64,000 bases of DNA, taken from contig NC_042997.1 in NCBI RefSeq assembly GCF_006345805.1, positions 159,154,001 through 159,218,000 on the forward strand, read 5' to 3'. Source of the stretch: Octopus sinensis (Eukaryota). The position numbers were made by a program, and so were the translations under genes. Within the stretch, counting starts at the first letter, position 1, and each line of letters opens with the position of its first letter. This document shows, in pieces, positions 37,820 through 49,724 of the stretch. The notes beneath the pieces are model-generated. The model was not told the origin of the DNA, searched no databases, and worked only from the letters and a program-made list of their open reading frames with translations.

Positions 37820-38490
37820 TATCATCAAGAGAGATGATTGCACTGGTATGGTCATGTCATGCATATGGATGTGGACAGCTGTGTGAAGAAGTGCCAATCT
37901 CTACCAGTGGAAGGAAGCTGTGGAAGAAGGAGACCCAGGAAAACATGGGGTAAAGTGGTGAAGCATGATCTTCAACTGTTGGGCCTCACAGAGGCAATGA
38001 CTAATGACCAAGACCTTTGACGATATGCTGTGCTTGAGAAAACCCATCAAGCCAAGTAAAATCATAGTTATGGCCATTGTTGGTGTCACATAACTGGCAC
38101 ATAAAAAGTACCGTTTGAGTGTTGGGTTTCATGGAGGCAATGTGGCTGATGCCAGTGGTGTATAACTAGTAACCATGCTGGTGGAACATAAAAAAACACC
38201 TTTTGAGTGCTGGGCCTCACAGAGGCAATGACAAGTGACCAAAACCTTTGGCAATATGCTGTTCTTGAGAAAGAAGATCTATCAAGCCAAGTGAAATCAC
38301 CAGCAACTAGCACCTATGCCAGTGGTATGTAAAAGCACCCATTACAATCTTGGAGTGGTTGGCATTAGAAAAGGCATCCAGCCATAGAAGCCATACCAAA
38401 TTCGACTGGAGTGTGGTGCAGCCCCTCAGGATACCAACCTTTGTCGAACCATCCAACCCAAGCTAGCATGGACAAATGGACGCCAAAATA
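37820..38490 (+). mobile_element. RTE 3' fragment plus RTE-tailed SINE, inverted relative to 37175-37800
   Basis: HWYGHVMHMDVDSCVKKCQSLPVEGSCGRRRPRKTW followed by the family D tail. Confidence 0.8.
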
Positions 38491-39249
38491 TGTCATTATT
38501 TACATCCATATATGTTGCCTTTTTAAGATGGCATGGGTTAGACAGGTCATCACTGACATTGTTATTTCTCATGCAGAATTACTGGCTCCTGAGACAAGTT
38601 AAAGGATTACACCTTTCTTGTACATTCTACTTTTGGTTTGGTTTCTACTATTGGGTACCCTTATTAAAACCAGTCAAATAACATAGCATACAATGTGCAT
38701 TTTATTGTGGCACCAGCACTAGAAAAGTAGTCTTTGGCAAATCTAAAGGGTCCTCTCAAAGTTATGTTGTCTCTCCTCACTCAACAGCCACTTTACAAGA
38801 TGTACTGGGTTAGTTTAATCAAGGCATCAGCACCAGTGAGGTTGCCTTGTTTCCAATTAGACCAGTAAGTCACCAACATTTCCTTCAATCAAATCAACAT
38901 GACCTTAGTGGAGAATATGATGACAAAGAATAAATTAGAGTGAGAAGATGAAAAAGGATAAAAGATTTATCTGCTTAGAGAAGGGATATCATCAGCCTCA
39001 TCATCATTGTCTTCACAAATTTTCTATGGCTGAATACTCTTCCTGTTGCCAATCCTCTTCTGTTTCCAAGTAACATAATATTTACCTATGACCAACCAGG
39101 TTTTCATAGCAAATAAATAGGAAACAAAGGATTCCACTTGCATGACAGTGGCACTCATTTATAACTATCACATGAAGTCAAGGCAAGGCAACAGTAACAC
39201 ACACACACACACCACATATATATGGTGCACACATTGTATGTTCACAATT

Positions 39250-39479
39250 AGGCGGTGAGCTGGCAGAAACGTTAGCACGCTGGGTGAAATGCGTAGCCGT
39301 ATTTCGTCTGCCGTTACATTCTGAGTTCAAATTCCGCCGACGTCGACTTTGCCTTTCATCCTTTTGGGGTCGATAAATTAAGTACCAGTTATGCACTGGG
39401 GTCAATGTAATCGACTTAATTCATTTGTCTGTCCTTGTTTGTCCCCTCTATGTTTAGCCCCTCGTGGGTAATAAAGAAA
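39250..39479 (+). mobile_element. Young family B SINE with a 20-bp TSD
   Basis: CACATTGTATGTTCACAATT at 39230-39249 and 39480-39499. Confidence 0.9.
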
Positions 39480-39589
39480 CACATTGTATGTTCACAATTG
39501 CGAGATCTTGAGTTCAATCTCAGTGTATGGCATCTAGAACAAATTTTCTGTCACAGCTTCAACTGGACTCAAGCATTGTGAGTGGAACA

Positions 39590-39910
39590 GTGTTGATGGC
39601 TTGGGATTCTGTCAGTTACAATGTCAGTGTTCCAGTTGATCCAATCAATGGAACAGCCTGCTCATGAAATTAGCGTGCAAGTGACTGAGCACTCCACGGA
39701 CACGTGTACCCTTAATGTAGTTCTCAGGGAGATTCAGCATGACAAAGAGTGTGACAAGGCTGACCCTTTGAAATACAAGTATAACTCATTTTTGCCAGCT
39801 GAGTGGAGTGGGACAATGTGAAATAAAGTGTCTTCCTCAAGAACACAACATGCTACTGGGAATTGAACTCACAACTTTGCAATCATAAGCCAAATATCCT
39901 AACCACAAAA
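39590..39910 (+). mobile_element. Family C SINE
   Basis: GTTCCAGTTGATCCAATCAATGGAACAGCCTGCTC...TTTTTGCCAGCTGAGTGG...AAGTGTCTTCCTCAAGAACACAAC. Confidence 0.7.
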
Positions 39911-40225
39911 TCAAATGCAATTACCACATTGTTGATGGGAACCAGATAGAACCCCATTGAATGTACCTGTAATTCAAAGGTCCAACCTGGTTACACAGTG
40001 TCAAGTTAATTTTAGTTAAGGATTAGATTAAGGGTAAATATTGCAGTGGAATACTCAGAGTGTCTGCTCACAAACTTATTAAGTAGGAAATTGAGTTGAC
40101 TGAACCAGATGTGTTTACATGAGTCTTGACTGGAGAACTGATCATAGATTGAAATGTACACATACATAAACAGGCCTGTACACTCAGAACAAATGTTTGT
40201 GCATAAAAATGCATTTAATACCTTA

Positions 40226-40648
40226 TAGGCATAGGAGTTGCTGTGTGGTAAGTAGCTAGCTTACCAGCCACATGGCTCTGGGTTCAGTCTCACTGCATGG
40301 CACCTTGGGCAAGTGTTTTCTACTATAGCCTCGAGCCAACCAAAGCCTTGTGAGTGGATTTGGTAGACAGAAACTGAAAGAAGACCGTCGTATATATGTA
40401 TGTATATATATATATATGTGTGTGTGTGTATGTGTGTGTGTGTGTCTGTGTTTGTCCCCCCAAACATGGCTTAACAACCGATGGTGGTGTGTGTATGTCA
40501 CCATAACTTAGCAGTTTGGCAAAAGAGACTGATAAAATAAGTACTTGGGTTACAAAGAATAAGTCCTGTGGTCAATTTGCTCCACTAAAAGCGGTGCTCC
40601 AGCATGGCCACAGTTAAATGACTGAAACAAGTATAAGAGTATAAGAGA
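40226..40648 (+). mobile_element. Family A CORE-type SINE
   Basis: Head GAGTTGCTGTGTGGTAAGTAGC...GGGTTCAGTCTC, CORE ACCTTGGGCAAGTGTTTT, tail AAATGACTGAAACAAGT. Confidence 0.9.
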
Positions 40649-41250
40649 GTATTCCAGGTCAGATATTTTGATATGGTTACTGTTTTGCTATTGGAAAAAT
40701 AAACTCAGATATATAAATACTCTTCTCAAGGTCACAGCCATTGTAGTTGTTACTATACACAATTCAAGTGATTCTTCTGAGTGAAGAGGAATGACATTTT
40801 TTTTAGCAGGTCTTAAGGGTTATCTTCAAACTTGAGACCTAGTTAAAAATTTGAGTGAACTCCACTAATAGAACTGAAAAAGTGGATATATCTGATCAGT
40901 TTACATCAACTCAATTTTACTCACATGTATGTATGGCAGTATCTTACAGAACAACTTGCACAGATGATTTGTTTATAATGATCAAAAGTATGTGTTGCAT
41001 ATTAGCTCGCTCGCTCTCTCCATCAAATCGACATTGCTTGAACAAATGTATGGTGTACCACACATCAGGTGTTGAAGTGATTGCAGAGTAATGTGAGAGA
41101 TGAAGTGTTTTACTCACGAACACAACACACCACCTGGTATAGGAGTCAAGCCCATGATCTCACAACTGTGAGTGCAACTCTCTAACCACTGGGCCATGCA
41201 CATTCACTTACATGGTTTGAGTCATTTGAAGGTTACTGTATAAGACATTT

Positions 41251-41489
41251 ATAAGAAGGCAGCAAGCTGGCAGAAAACGTTAGCACACAGGGTGAAATGC
41301 TTAGCGGTATTTCGTCTGCCGTTATGTTCTGAGTTCAAATTCCGCCGAGGTCGACTTTGCCTTTCATCCTTTCTGGGTCGATAAATTAAGTACCAGTTAT
41401 GCACTGGGGTCAATATAATCGACTTAATCCATCTGTCTGTCCTTGTTTGTCTCCTCTGTGTTTAGCCCCTTGTGGATAGTAAAGAAATA
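41251..41489 (+). mobile_element. Young family B SINE with a 20-bp TSD
   Basis: GGTTACTGTATAAGACATTT at 41231-41250 and 41490-41509. Confidence 0.9.
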
Positions 41490-42914
41490 GGTTACTGTAT
41501 AAGACATTTGCTGAAGATGCTGAGAAGTGGAATAAAACCCAGAATAATTATGAAGAAAGTTTCTTAATAACACTGTGATGCCTATGGATATCCACAAATT
41601 ATTAGGTTAATGATGGACCTTTTTGACACGAAACAGATTGGAAATAAAAAATAGAAAAGGCCAACATTAGTGTCTCATGAGATAAAGTAGAGTTTTGGAG
41701 AGAGTTTTAGATATTTTGGACAGAGCCATTCACTGGATGAGAAAATCAATTTTCTTCCAAGAAAAGACTTATTCAAAATATTTTTCATTATATCAAGACT
41801 CATCCATTATATCAACATACACAACGCTTTTGTTTTGGGGATGGTTTTGGTTATTCTTTTCTTTTTCTAATGTTATAATGCTTGCAGAGTCAGCCTAGCT
41901 AAAAATAGCAACTGTAGCCATTTTCTTAATTTTACATAATTCTTAGGTAAAAAATCTAAATTTGTAAACACACTGTCTTCATTATGTTGGAATGTAAAGA
42001 ATTTAGTAGAAAAATGTTCTAAATTCATTAGATTACTGTACATTAGATTATAAAGACAAGAATTACTTCTGCATTGAATAATGGTTTGGTAAAAAGAACA
42101 ATAAGACATTTCTTTAAAAAGATTTTTTTTTCTTTCGAACAGCTATATTTTTCCCATGAAGATATAGAACAAAATCATTTTAAAAAATATTCCAAATATT
42201 CTTATTATAAAATTAATTTATATCAGAAGAAAGTAATAATTTTGAAAAGTTGACAGATTATATATATGAAAAATTTCCAACATTTAATGATGTTATACAA
42301 CTTGTATGAGGTATTTTTAAAACAGCTATATTATTTTTACACTGGATGTTAGATAATAGCATTAATACAAGAATCTTGACAAATTCTATAATCGATGAGG
42401 CACAAAGAAAAGTTTTTAAACTTCATCTGTTTGTGACACATGTATTAAGAAAGGAAAATAATAACATAACACACTAGCACACTTTTCACCATTTTCATTA
42501 TTATTATTATTATTATCATTATTATTATTATTACATTTTTAACATTTATTTTACAATCATCATTATCATCATCATCATTTAACATCTGTCCTCCAAGCTG
42601 GCAACTGTTGGATATTTTGACAGAAGCTGGCAAGCCAGAGGACTGTACCATGCTTCACTGCTTGTTTTGGAAAGGTTTTTACAACTGGATGCCCTTCCTG
42701 ATGCCAACCACTCTATAGAATGGGCTGAAGCTTTTCACATAACACAAGTCTGTTCTGGCAAGGTTTTTATAGCTGGATGCCCTTCTTAGTGTCAAACACT
42801 TTACAGAGTGAGCTGGGTGCTATATCATACAAAAGAATATTTCTGCCTCAGATCCAACAGGCTCTCATTTTTTTTTAATGTCCACTCACACTGAGTTGTT
42901 AGAATGTTAATCTC

Positions 42915-43080
42915 CAGGATGAAAGACCAACAATTTCCCATCATCAGCTACTCTTGTACAGTGAAAGGAATGGGAGAACAACTCATTGCTGTAAGCCACA
43001 ATGTGCAATATAATTGACAGTGATAGCTGAACAGGATAGGCACAAATCCTTGTTGTATAAGCTACTAAAGAAGCCGATAA
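42915..43080 (+). mobile_element. Old RTE C-terminal fragment
   Basis: RMKDQQFP / QLLLYSE across a frameshift resembles the RTE motif RMPDxRLPKQLLYGEL. Confidence 0.45.
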
Positions 43081-43179
43081 GAAAGCCTCTATAAAGTAGG
43101 TTAAGTTGCAAGTAACAGCAATCAAATCTTCAAATCATACAAATCTTAAAAAAGCAAAGAAAATATAGAATAATGTAGT

Positions 43180-44395
43180 TCTGATATAAGGCATAATGAG
43201 GTCTTAGCTACACACAATAGGTATGCTACCTAAAGTCTGTAAGTCACACAAACTATAATAAGGCTCTTTGTTTCATCTATGGTGGTGTCCAGAAAAGTAT
43301 CCTAATACAACAATGAAACCATATCTGGACACTTCTACATTTTCAAGAAAAATAATTGGGAGAAGTTTTATGCATTAGATCAGGGGTCACCAAACTTTTT
43401 TTCACAGCGGGCCAGATAACTGAGATAATGATGAACGTGGGCTGCATAACCATTTTGTTTAATGCAATACAGTGGCTACCATAAAAAATAAAGACAACCA
43501 ACATATTGATTTACCAAAAAGTTATCAAAGAAGGCAATGTTAGCAATAAGATAGTTGTATCACACCCAGTGCGTACATATCCAAATCTCACAAACTAAGC
43601 AGCAAAAAGAGGTTAGAGAGATTTGTGAAACTGATGTTTAGCTTTTAAGATATCACCAATATTTGCTTTGGAATTGCTGCATCCAACCAAGAGAATTGCT
43701 TTCAAATGTTCATCAGTCAACCTCGTTCGATGTGCTGACTTCACAAACTTCATTTTTGAAAATGTTTACTCACAGACATAAGTTGTTTCAAACACTGATG
43801 CCATACTGGAGGCAAATTTCTTCAACATGCTTCTCTTTCAACAAGTCATTTGCTTGCAAATCAATGAGATGCTTACAGCTTGTGAGTTCCTTCAACACTC
43901 AACTATGCAAAATATATGACACAATTCACTGAACTCAATCCCTTTTATACATGGCACTCTTCAGACCAGTTTAAACACAGCAATGCAAGTTAAAACACAA
44001 TTGCGGCAGGAATGAACTCTATTTGCAGGTACTTACACAAAAGGTACAATGCAGTGGCAGACTAGATGAACTAACTTTGCAGGCCATAGTTTGGTGACCC
44101 CCTGCATTAGATGATAGTTCACATAAGACATGGGAGTCTAAGTGAGGTCATCACTCATCTATATCGATGAGTTGCTTATTTGAAACAGGTGGAGATGGTT
44201 TGAGCATATTTTACAAATCCTGCCAGACAGAGCATTATGAGAGAAAGTATATTGAAGATCAGTGAAGAATATCAAGATTTTCATAACAGAGAACAAAATA
44301 GAAAGAGACTAAAATGACATGAAAGTGGCCAAAGACAAGATTCAGGATAGAAACAGTTGGCATAGATATATAGAAGCATTATGTTGCATTATGTT
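43180..44395 (+). mobile_element. Old RTE fragment split by the hAT element
   Basis: IRLFVSS...YNNET before the insertion; NRWRWFEHIL and QDRNSWHRYIEALC after it. Confidence 0.55.
43381..44104 (-). mobile_element. Non-autonomous hAT (Charlie-like) transposon with a dimerisation-domain remnant
   Basis: TIRs CAGGGGTCACCAAACT / AGTTTGGTGACCCCCTG; perfect 8-bp TSD CATTAGAT (43373-43380, 44105-44112); minus frame KKFASSMASVFETTYVCE*TFSKMKFVKSAHRTRLTDEHLKAIL. Confidence 0.92.
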
Positions 44396-44549
44396 GTTGG
44401 TGGTAGAAATAGTAGTATGCATGCTATTCCTGAAAACATGATAGAATAGTCACAACTGAAAGGACTCTGATCATGTGTCTTCACAATCTGGGCAGACCTA
44501 GACTAAACAAAAACTAGAGAAGACACCGTATTATTATTAGTATTATTAT

Positions 44550-44885
44550 TGAATGAGAGAGCAGTGCATGCCATCAAAGTGACACTGGGGTAAAATATAC
44601 GAAGCCCAGTATATCCATCATGACTACACATCTGATAAGGGTACACAAGACACATGCATCACAACCATATGTGCATGACATGGTGATCTCATATCAAGGT
44701 AAACCGCACATGACCTTGCAGGTGAGGCCCAGTTAGAATTTTCTTCTGGTCGAGTAGCCCATCCCGCTCAAAAGGTCCCTGAATAAGGGTTGTTTAAAGA
44801 TGTTGAACGAAACACCCATGTTTCCAAAGGTGAATTATCCAAACCTCCAAGAATTCCTTTCAACACACGGTTATGATGATACCCC
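44550..44885 (+). mobile_element. Interspersed repeat family E (SINE-like)
   Basis: Homologous to an inverted copy at about 57600-57930 (CATGACCTTGCAGGTG...GGTCCCTGAATAAGGGTTGTTTAAAGA). Confidence 0.65.
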
Positions 44886-44890
44886 ACTTA

Positions 44891-44924
<34 letters not shown>

Positions 44925-44927
44925 TTT

Positions 44928-45370
44928 TAAGGTGGCAAGCTGGTAGAATCACTTGCACACTGGGCAAAATGCTCAGTGGCATTTTGTCTGTCTATACATT
45001 CTGAGTGCAAATTCTGCCAAGGTTGACTTTGCTCTTCATCCTTTCAGGGTCGATAAAATAAGTACCAGTTGAACACTGGGATTGATGTAATTGACTAGTT
45101 TCCTCCCACCAAATTTCAGGCCTTGTGTCTAGAGTAGAAAGGATTATCATTATTATTAAGGTGGCAAGCTAGCAGAATTGTTAGCATGCTGGGCAAAATG
45201 CTTAGCAGAATTTCACTCATCTTTACATTCTGAGTTCAAATTCCGCTGAGGTCAACTTTGTCTTCCATCCTTTCGGGGTCAATAAAATAAGTACCAGTTG
45301 AACACTTGGGTCAATGAGATCAACTTATACCCTTCCCTGAACTTGCTGACTTCATGCCAAAATTTGAAAT
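44928..45370 (+). mobile_element. Two tandem family B SINEs after an (ATT)n tract
   Basis: AAGGTGGCAAGCT head twice, each with the CATCCTTTC.GGGTC.ATAAAATAAGTACCAG domain. Confidence 0.8.
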
Positions 45371-45699
45371 TATTATCATCATTATTTTTAAATTCTTATT
45401 TATTTACATATCAGTTTCTGTAATTCCTCAAGTATTGTTCACTGAACATCAAGCCCATTATTCGTGTCAGCAGATAATTAGCACATGTCTTAAAAGTTCC
45501 AGCTGAAAAGACATGCTTTCTTTAATATCAAAATATTTGAATCCTATTAAAACAAGAATTTTAGGTCCCACTTTATGTCCTAGTATTTATCTATTTTTCC
45601 ATTTTCTTTTTCTCTCACTCAAATGTTGAATGAGGTCACATCTCTTACCATACAATTTGTAAAATTTTTCTTTAGTACAAACAATATCTAGTCTTAAAT

Positions 45700-46100
45700 G
45701 CTCCTGTTCCATGTCTGTCTGAATTTTCATGTCTCCTAATAATCAACTTTTGCTGATCTATATTCATATTTCCTGGGTGCTCTCTGGCAATTGTGTAAAA
45801 CACAATGCTTTACATAATTGTAAAGTGCATAACTGATATAGTTCTGTCATGTCTTCAGCCTTTGTATTCTCTTTCTGCTAGGTGCTTACACTCTGAAACT
45901 AAGTAGACTATAGTCTCTTCTCTTTCACCACATAATTGACATTATGGTAATACATCCACCTCCAACTGACTTGAAGAAAAATTCCATGCAGTCCATTGTC
46001 ATTCATTTTACTTCCTGTTTTCGATATCTTCTTTCTTTTTCCCAGCATTTTTTTAATAACCCTTTCTTTATTTTTCTCTTTACTTCCTGACACATACCTA
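45700..46100 (-). mobile_element. Degenerate RTE endonuclease fragment
   Basis: NDNGLHGIFL...STYFQSVST*QKENTK resembles the RTE motifs NGVGIIV...ISAYAPQ; heavily decayed. Confidence 0.35.
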
Positions 46101-46164
46101 TACAACATTCCTCCAATAAAACATAATCTTCTAAACAAATCTCTTCCACCACTGCTTCATCATC

Positions 46165-46620
46165 ATCATCATTTAACATCTGTTGTCCATGCTGGCATGG
46201 TTTGACTGAGCTGGCATGCTGGAAGGCTGTACCAGGCTCCAGTCTGATTTGGCATAGTTGTCTATGGCTGGATGCCCTTATGCCAACCACTCCAAGAGTA
46301 TAATGGGTGCTTTTATGTGCCACCGACACAGGTGCCATTTGCGTGACACCATTATCTGCTACAACTATGATTTTGCTCAGCTTGATGGGTCTTTGTCTCA
46401 AGCACAACATAATGTCAAAGGTTTTGGTCATTGCCTCTGTGTGGCCCAGCACTCGAAAGGAACTCAGCCACTTTATCTCCATGAGGCCTAGCGCTTGAAA
46501 AGAAATCAGCCACCTTGCCTCCGTGAGGCCCAACACTCAAAAGGAACTCAGCTACTTTGCCTCCTTGGGGTCCAATGCTTGCAAGGAACTCAGTCACTCT
46601 GCCTTCATGAGGCCCAACAT
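46165..46620 (-). mobile_element. RTE-tailed SINE with an internal tandem array of about 43-bp units (46410-46620, 5 copies)
   Basis: Unit approximately GAGGCCCAGCACTCGAAAGGAACTCAGCCACTTTGCCTCCGT. Confidence 0.75.
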
Positions 46621-47238
46621 TCAAAGGTTAGTCTATCAATGTTACTTTATCTTTTTAGTGAAACATATTTTATACTGTCAGCAACTTTCTAATTTTTCTA
46701 TCAATATCCTGTAGTTCTTCAGTGTTTCAATTGATCATGCCTATGCTGCACTGGATGACTGAGATAGCACATGAATTGATAGCTGTGATACTATACCTAC
46801 TGTTTAAGAGAGATTCAAATATTTACTAGGCCTTTCTTTTTATAATTCATTTTACACATTTTGTCTTTTATGATATCAGTTTCCCAAAACTCCTAAATAC
46901 CGGCACCTAGTTTCTTTATAAATTGTATTTTATATTCTCAACTGTACAAAGCCCAATTCCTCCTATTTCAGACCATTTGCTCCTCTTCATAGTAAGGCTG
47001 CCACACTTGTGTCAAATTCCATTCTTATTTCCTCACTGAATATTCATATACAGTTTGCAAAAATATCAAATTGGTTTTTATATTCTAGCTAATTAATTTC
47101 AAGGTATACATAAATAATAAGTGGTCAATGGCTTGTTCATCTTTTCTTAATTAATATCTTGCTTTAACTTTCTGAAGATATAGGTCATAGGGATAAAGCT
47201 GATGACAAATAGTAAAGGTGATAGACTACCTCCTTCAA

Positions 47239-47759
47239 GTACATTATTTACATTTGACAGATATTTGTCCTCATCTTGTTTGTTGTTAAAACAATGTTTC
47301 AGCTGATATATCCTCTAGCCTTCATCAGGTGTCTTGGGGAAATTTCGAACCAGGGTTCTCATTCCTAAGGTATTTTTCAATGTTGTAGTTGTTGTTGTTC
47401 TTATTATTATTATTAATATTCAGGTCACTGCCTGGAATTGAACTCGGAGTCTTGGGGTTAGTAGCCCACGCTCTTGACCACTATGCCATATGCTTGTGGG
47501 TATATGGCGTAGTGGTTAAGAGCACAAGCTACTAACACCAAGATTCCAAGTTCAATTCCAGGCAGTGACCTGAATAATAATAATAATAATGATAATAATA
47601 ATAATAATATCAAAAAATACCTTAGGAATGAGAAACCAGGTTCGAAATTTCCCCAAGACACCTGATGAAGGCTAGAGGGTATATCAGCAAGATGAGGACA
47701 AATATCTGTCAAATGTAAATAATGTACATAATTCCTCATCTCTAAAATATAGAACTGTA
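47239..47759. mobile_element. Head-to-head palindromic tRNA-headed, hammerhead-bearing element (family P1)
   Basis: Inverted arms 47239-47493 and 47499-47727; unique tail 47728-47759; TSD-like TACCTCCTTCAAGT / TACTGCCTTCAAGT (47227-47240, 47761-47774). Each arm has an A box (TGGCGTAGTGG), a B box (GTTCAATTCC), an (AAT)n spacer, then CCTGATGAAGGCT. Confidence 0.88.
47288..47333 (-). ncRNA. Minimal hammerhead motif, partly decayed
   Basis: GACAC-CUGAUGA-A-GGCU[AGAGGAUAUAUC]AGCU-GAAA-CAUU/GUUUU. Confidence 0.55.
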
Positions 47760-48384
47760 TTACTGCCTTCAAGTATTCCTTTCTTTATCTCTAATTCCTT
47801 CAACAAATAGTATTTTAGTTCTTTTATCAATGGAGTTTCCTGCTCATTTAATTTTAGTTTACAAGGCTGTCTACTCCACAGACACTTTTACTATTACTAT
47901 AATAATAAAATATTACACAGTATTTAACAAAGACTCTTTGAATTATAAGTAGAATCCAGCTACAGATTTCCACACAGTTTCTGCCAACACAATTTCACAC
48001 ATGAGGCTTAAGTTAACCCAAGGCTTATGATAGAAAACACTTGCTCAGTATTGCATGCAGTGAGATCAAAGTCAGGTTCTCATGATTGCAAAGCAAAATT
48101 TGTTAGTTATGCTCACACCTGCTGGCATTAAGATGACATTAAGTGGCACTAAGGGAAAGTGTCTTCTACTATAGCCCCTGGTAAAACCAAAGCTTTGTAG
48201 TGGATTTTGTAGGCAGAAACTGAAAGAGACCCATTGCATGCACATGTGTGTACATGTGTGTTCCTCTCTTGGCATCATTTGATAGTTACAAAAGGGAGTC
48301 ATCATCATCATCATGCAAGTATTGTCCTTCATTTCCAAACTTTCAGGAAAGAACATGTCTGGTCATAAGGAAATATTAAAATAA

Positions 48385-48640
48385 TAAATAAATGTGCCCT
48401 TTTAAAGCCTAGCCAGGCTCATGGGCCCAGTTTCCCAGTTTCAATGGCGTATGTGTTCCCCAGCTGGATGGAACGCTAGTCCATTGAAGTGTTACTCATT
48501 TTTGCCAGCTGAGTGAACTGGAGCAACATAAAATGAAGTGTTTTGCTCAAGAACAAAACGCATCACCCGGTTCAAGGAATTGAAACCACAATCTTACGAT
48601 CATGATGCTGATGCCCTAACCACTAAGCCATGCACCTCCA
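48385..48640 (+). mobile_element. Family C SINE 3' portion
   Basis: TTTTGCCAGCTGAGTGAACTGGAGCAAC...GAAGTGTTTTGCTCAAGAAC...CCCTAACCACTAAGCCA. Confidence 0.65.
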
Positions 48641-49061
48641 CAAGGAAATATTACTTTACTTGAAAACAGATGAGAGTTCACGACAAGAAGGGCATTAGGA
48701 AATCTGCTTCAACAAATTTTGTCCAAAGTATGGAGCATGGAAAGGTGGATGTTAAAACAATAATGATGAAGTACCAATGAAGAACAAGGGTTAATATAAA
48801 TCAGTTATTGCTTTCCCCAAATTTCAGGCCTTGTGTATATGTATATAAGAAGCAGAATCTTTAGCATGCTGGAGAAAATGCTCAGCAGTACTTCACTCAT
48901 CTTCATATTCTAAGTTCAAATTCCGTCATGGTCAGCTTTATCTTTTGTCCTTTTGGGGATTGATGAAATAAGTATCAGTCAAGTACTGAGGTTGATATGT
49001 AATCAATTATCCCTCTCCCCAAAATTTTCATGCCTTGTGTCTATACTAGAAAGAATCATCA

Positions 49062-49331
49062 TTATTATGATTATTATTATTATTTTTATTTTTATTTTTA
49101 TGATTATTATAATTTTTATGATTATTATCATTTTTATTTTAATGATTATTATTATTATCATTATTTTTATGATTATTATTATTATTATTTTTATGATTAT
49201 TATTATTATTATTTTTATGATTATTATTATTATTATAATTTTTATGATTATTATCATTATTTTTATTTTAATGATTATTATTATTATTATCATTATTTTT
49301 ATTTTTATGATTATTATTATTATTATTATTA
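49062..49331. repeat. (ATT)n-derived minisatellite with a higher-order unit of about 24 bp (TTTTTATG(ATT)n) between two family B SINEs
   Basis: Periodic TTTATG/TTTAATG interruptions. This explains the poly-Ile and DYYYY ORFs in the track. Confidence 0.9.
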
Positions 49332-49696
49332 TGGCCAGCTGGTGGAATTGTTAGCACATGCTTAGCTGCATTTCTTCTGGCTCTTTACATTTTGATTTCA
49401 AATTCTACCGAGATTGACTTTGCCATTCATCCTTTTGAGGGTCAATAAAATAAGTACCAATTCAGCACAGGGGTCAATGTAAATGACTAGACTCCTCTCC
49501 TAAAATTTCAGGCCTTATATCTATAGAAGAAATTATTAATATTAACTCTTTTAGTGCCTAAGCATGTTTCTTCTCTCTCTAAGCCTGATTTTAATTTAAT
49601 CATTACCAAGTAAAAATTTCTCTTGAATAGTTGCCAAAAACGATTTTAGTTACTTGAGGTCAGTCTGCCTTGATACTTGAAAGTAGACAAAAAAAG

Positions 49697-49724
49697 TATT
49701 TGTTTACATAAAAATTTATTTATT
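49697..49724 (-). terminator. Candidate polyadenylation site
   Basis: Minus strand reads AATAAATAAA (49715-49724), with upstream UGUA motifs and a downstream ACTTTTTTTGTCT U/GU-rich element about 20 nt later. Confidence 0.4.

Noticed and set aside
37173-37897. Longest ORF in the track (237 aa, plus strand)
   Set aside because: It is the antisense frame of a pseudogenised RTE fragment; the LINE motifs are on the minus strand.
43030-43125. Minus-strand ORF 42907-43125 containing ADDGKL, recalling a SPRY motif
   Set aside because: The plus strand fits an RTE C-terminus better and no splice sites support an exon.
47500-47570. Possible tRNA gene
   Set aside because: Acceptor and T stems do not pair, anticodons differ between copies (ACT versus GCT); it is a SINE head.
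49003-49365. Three overlapping ORFs of 96-133 aa (poly-Ile, DYYYY repeats)
   Set aside because: They are translations of the (ATT)n minisatellite; no splice or coding context.
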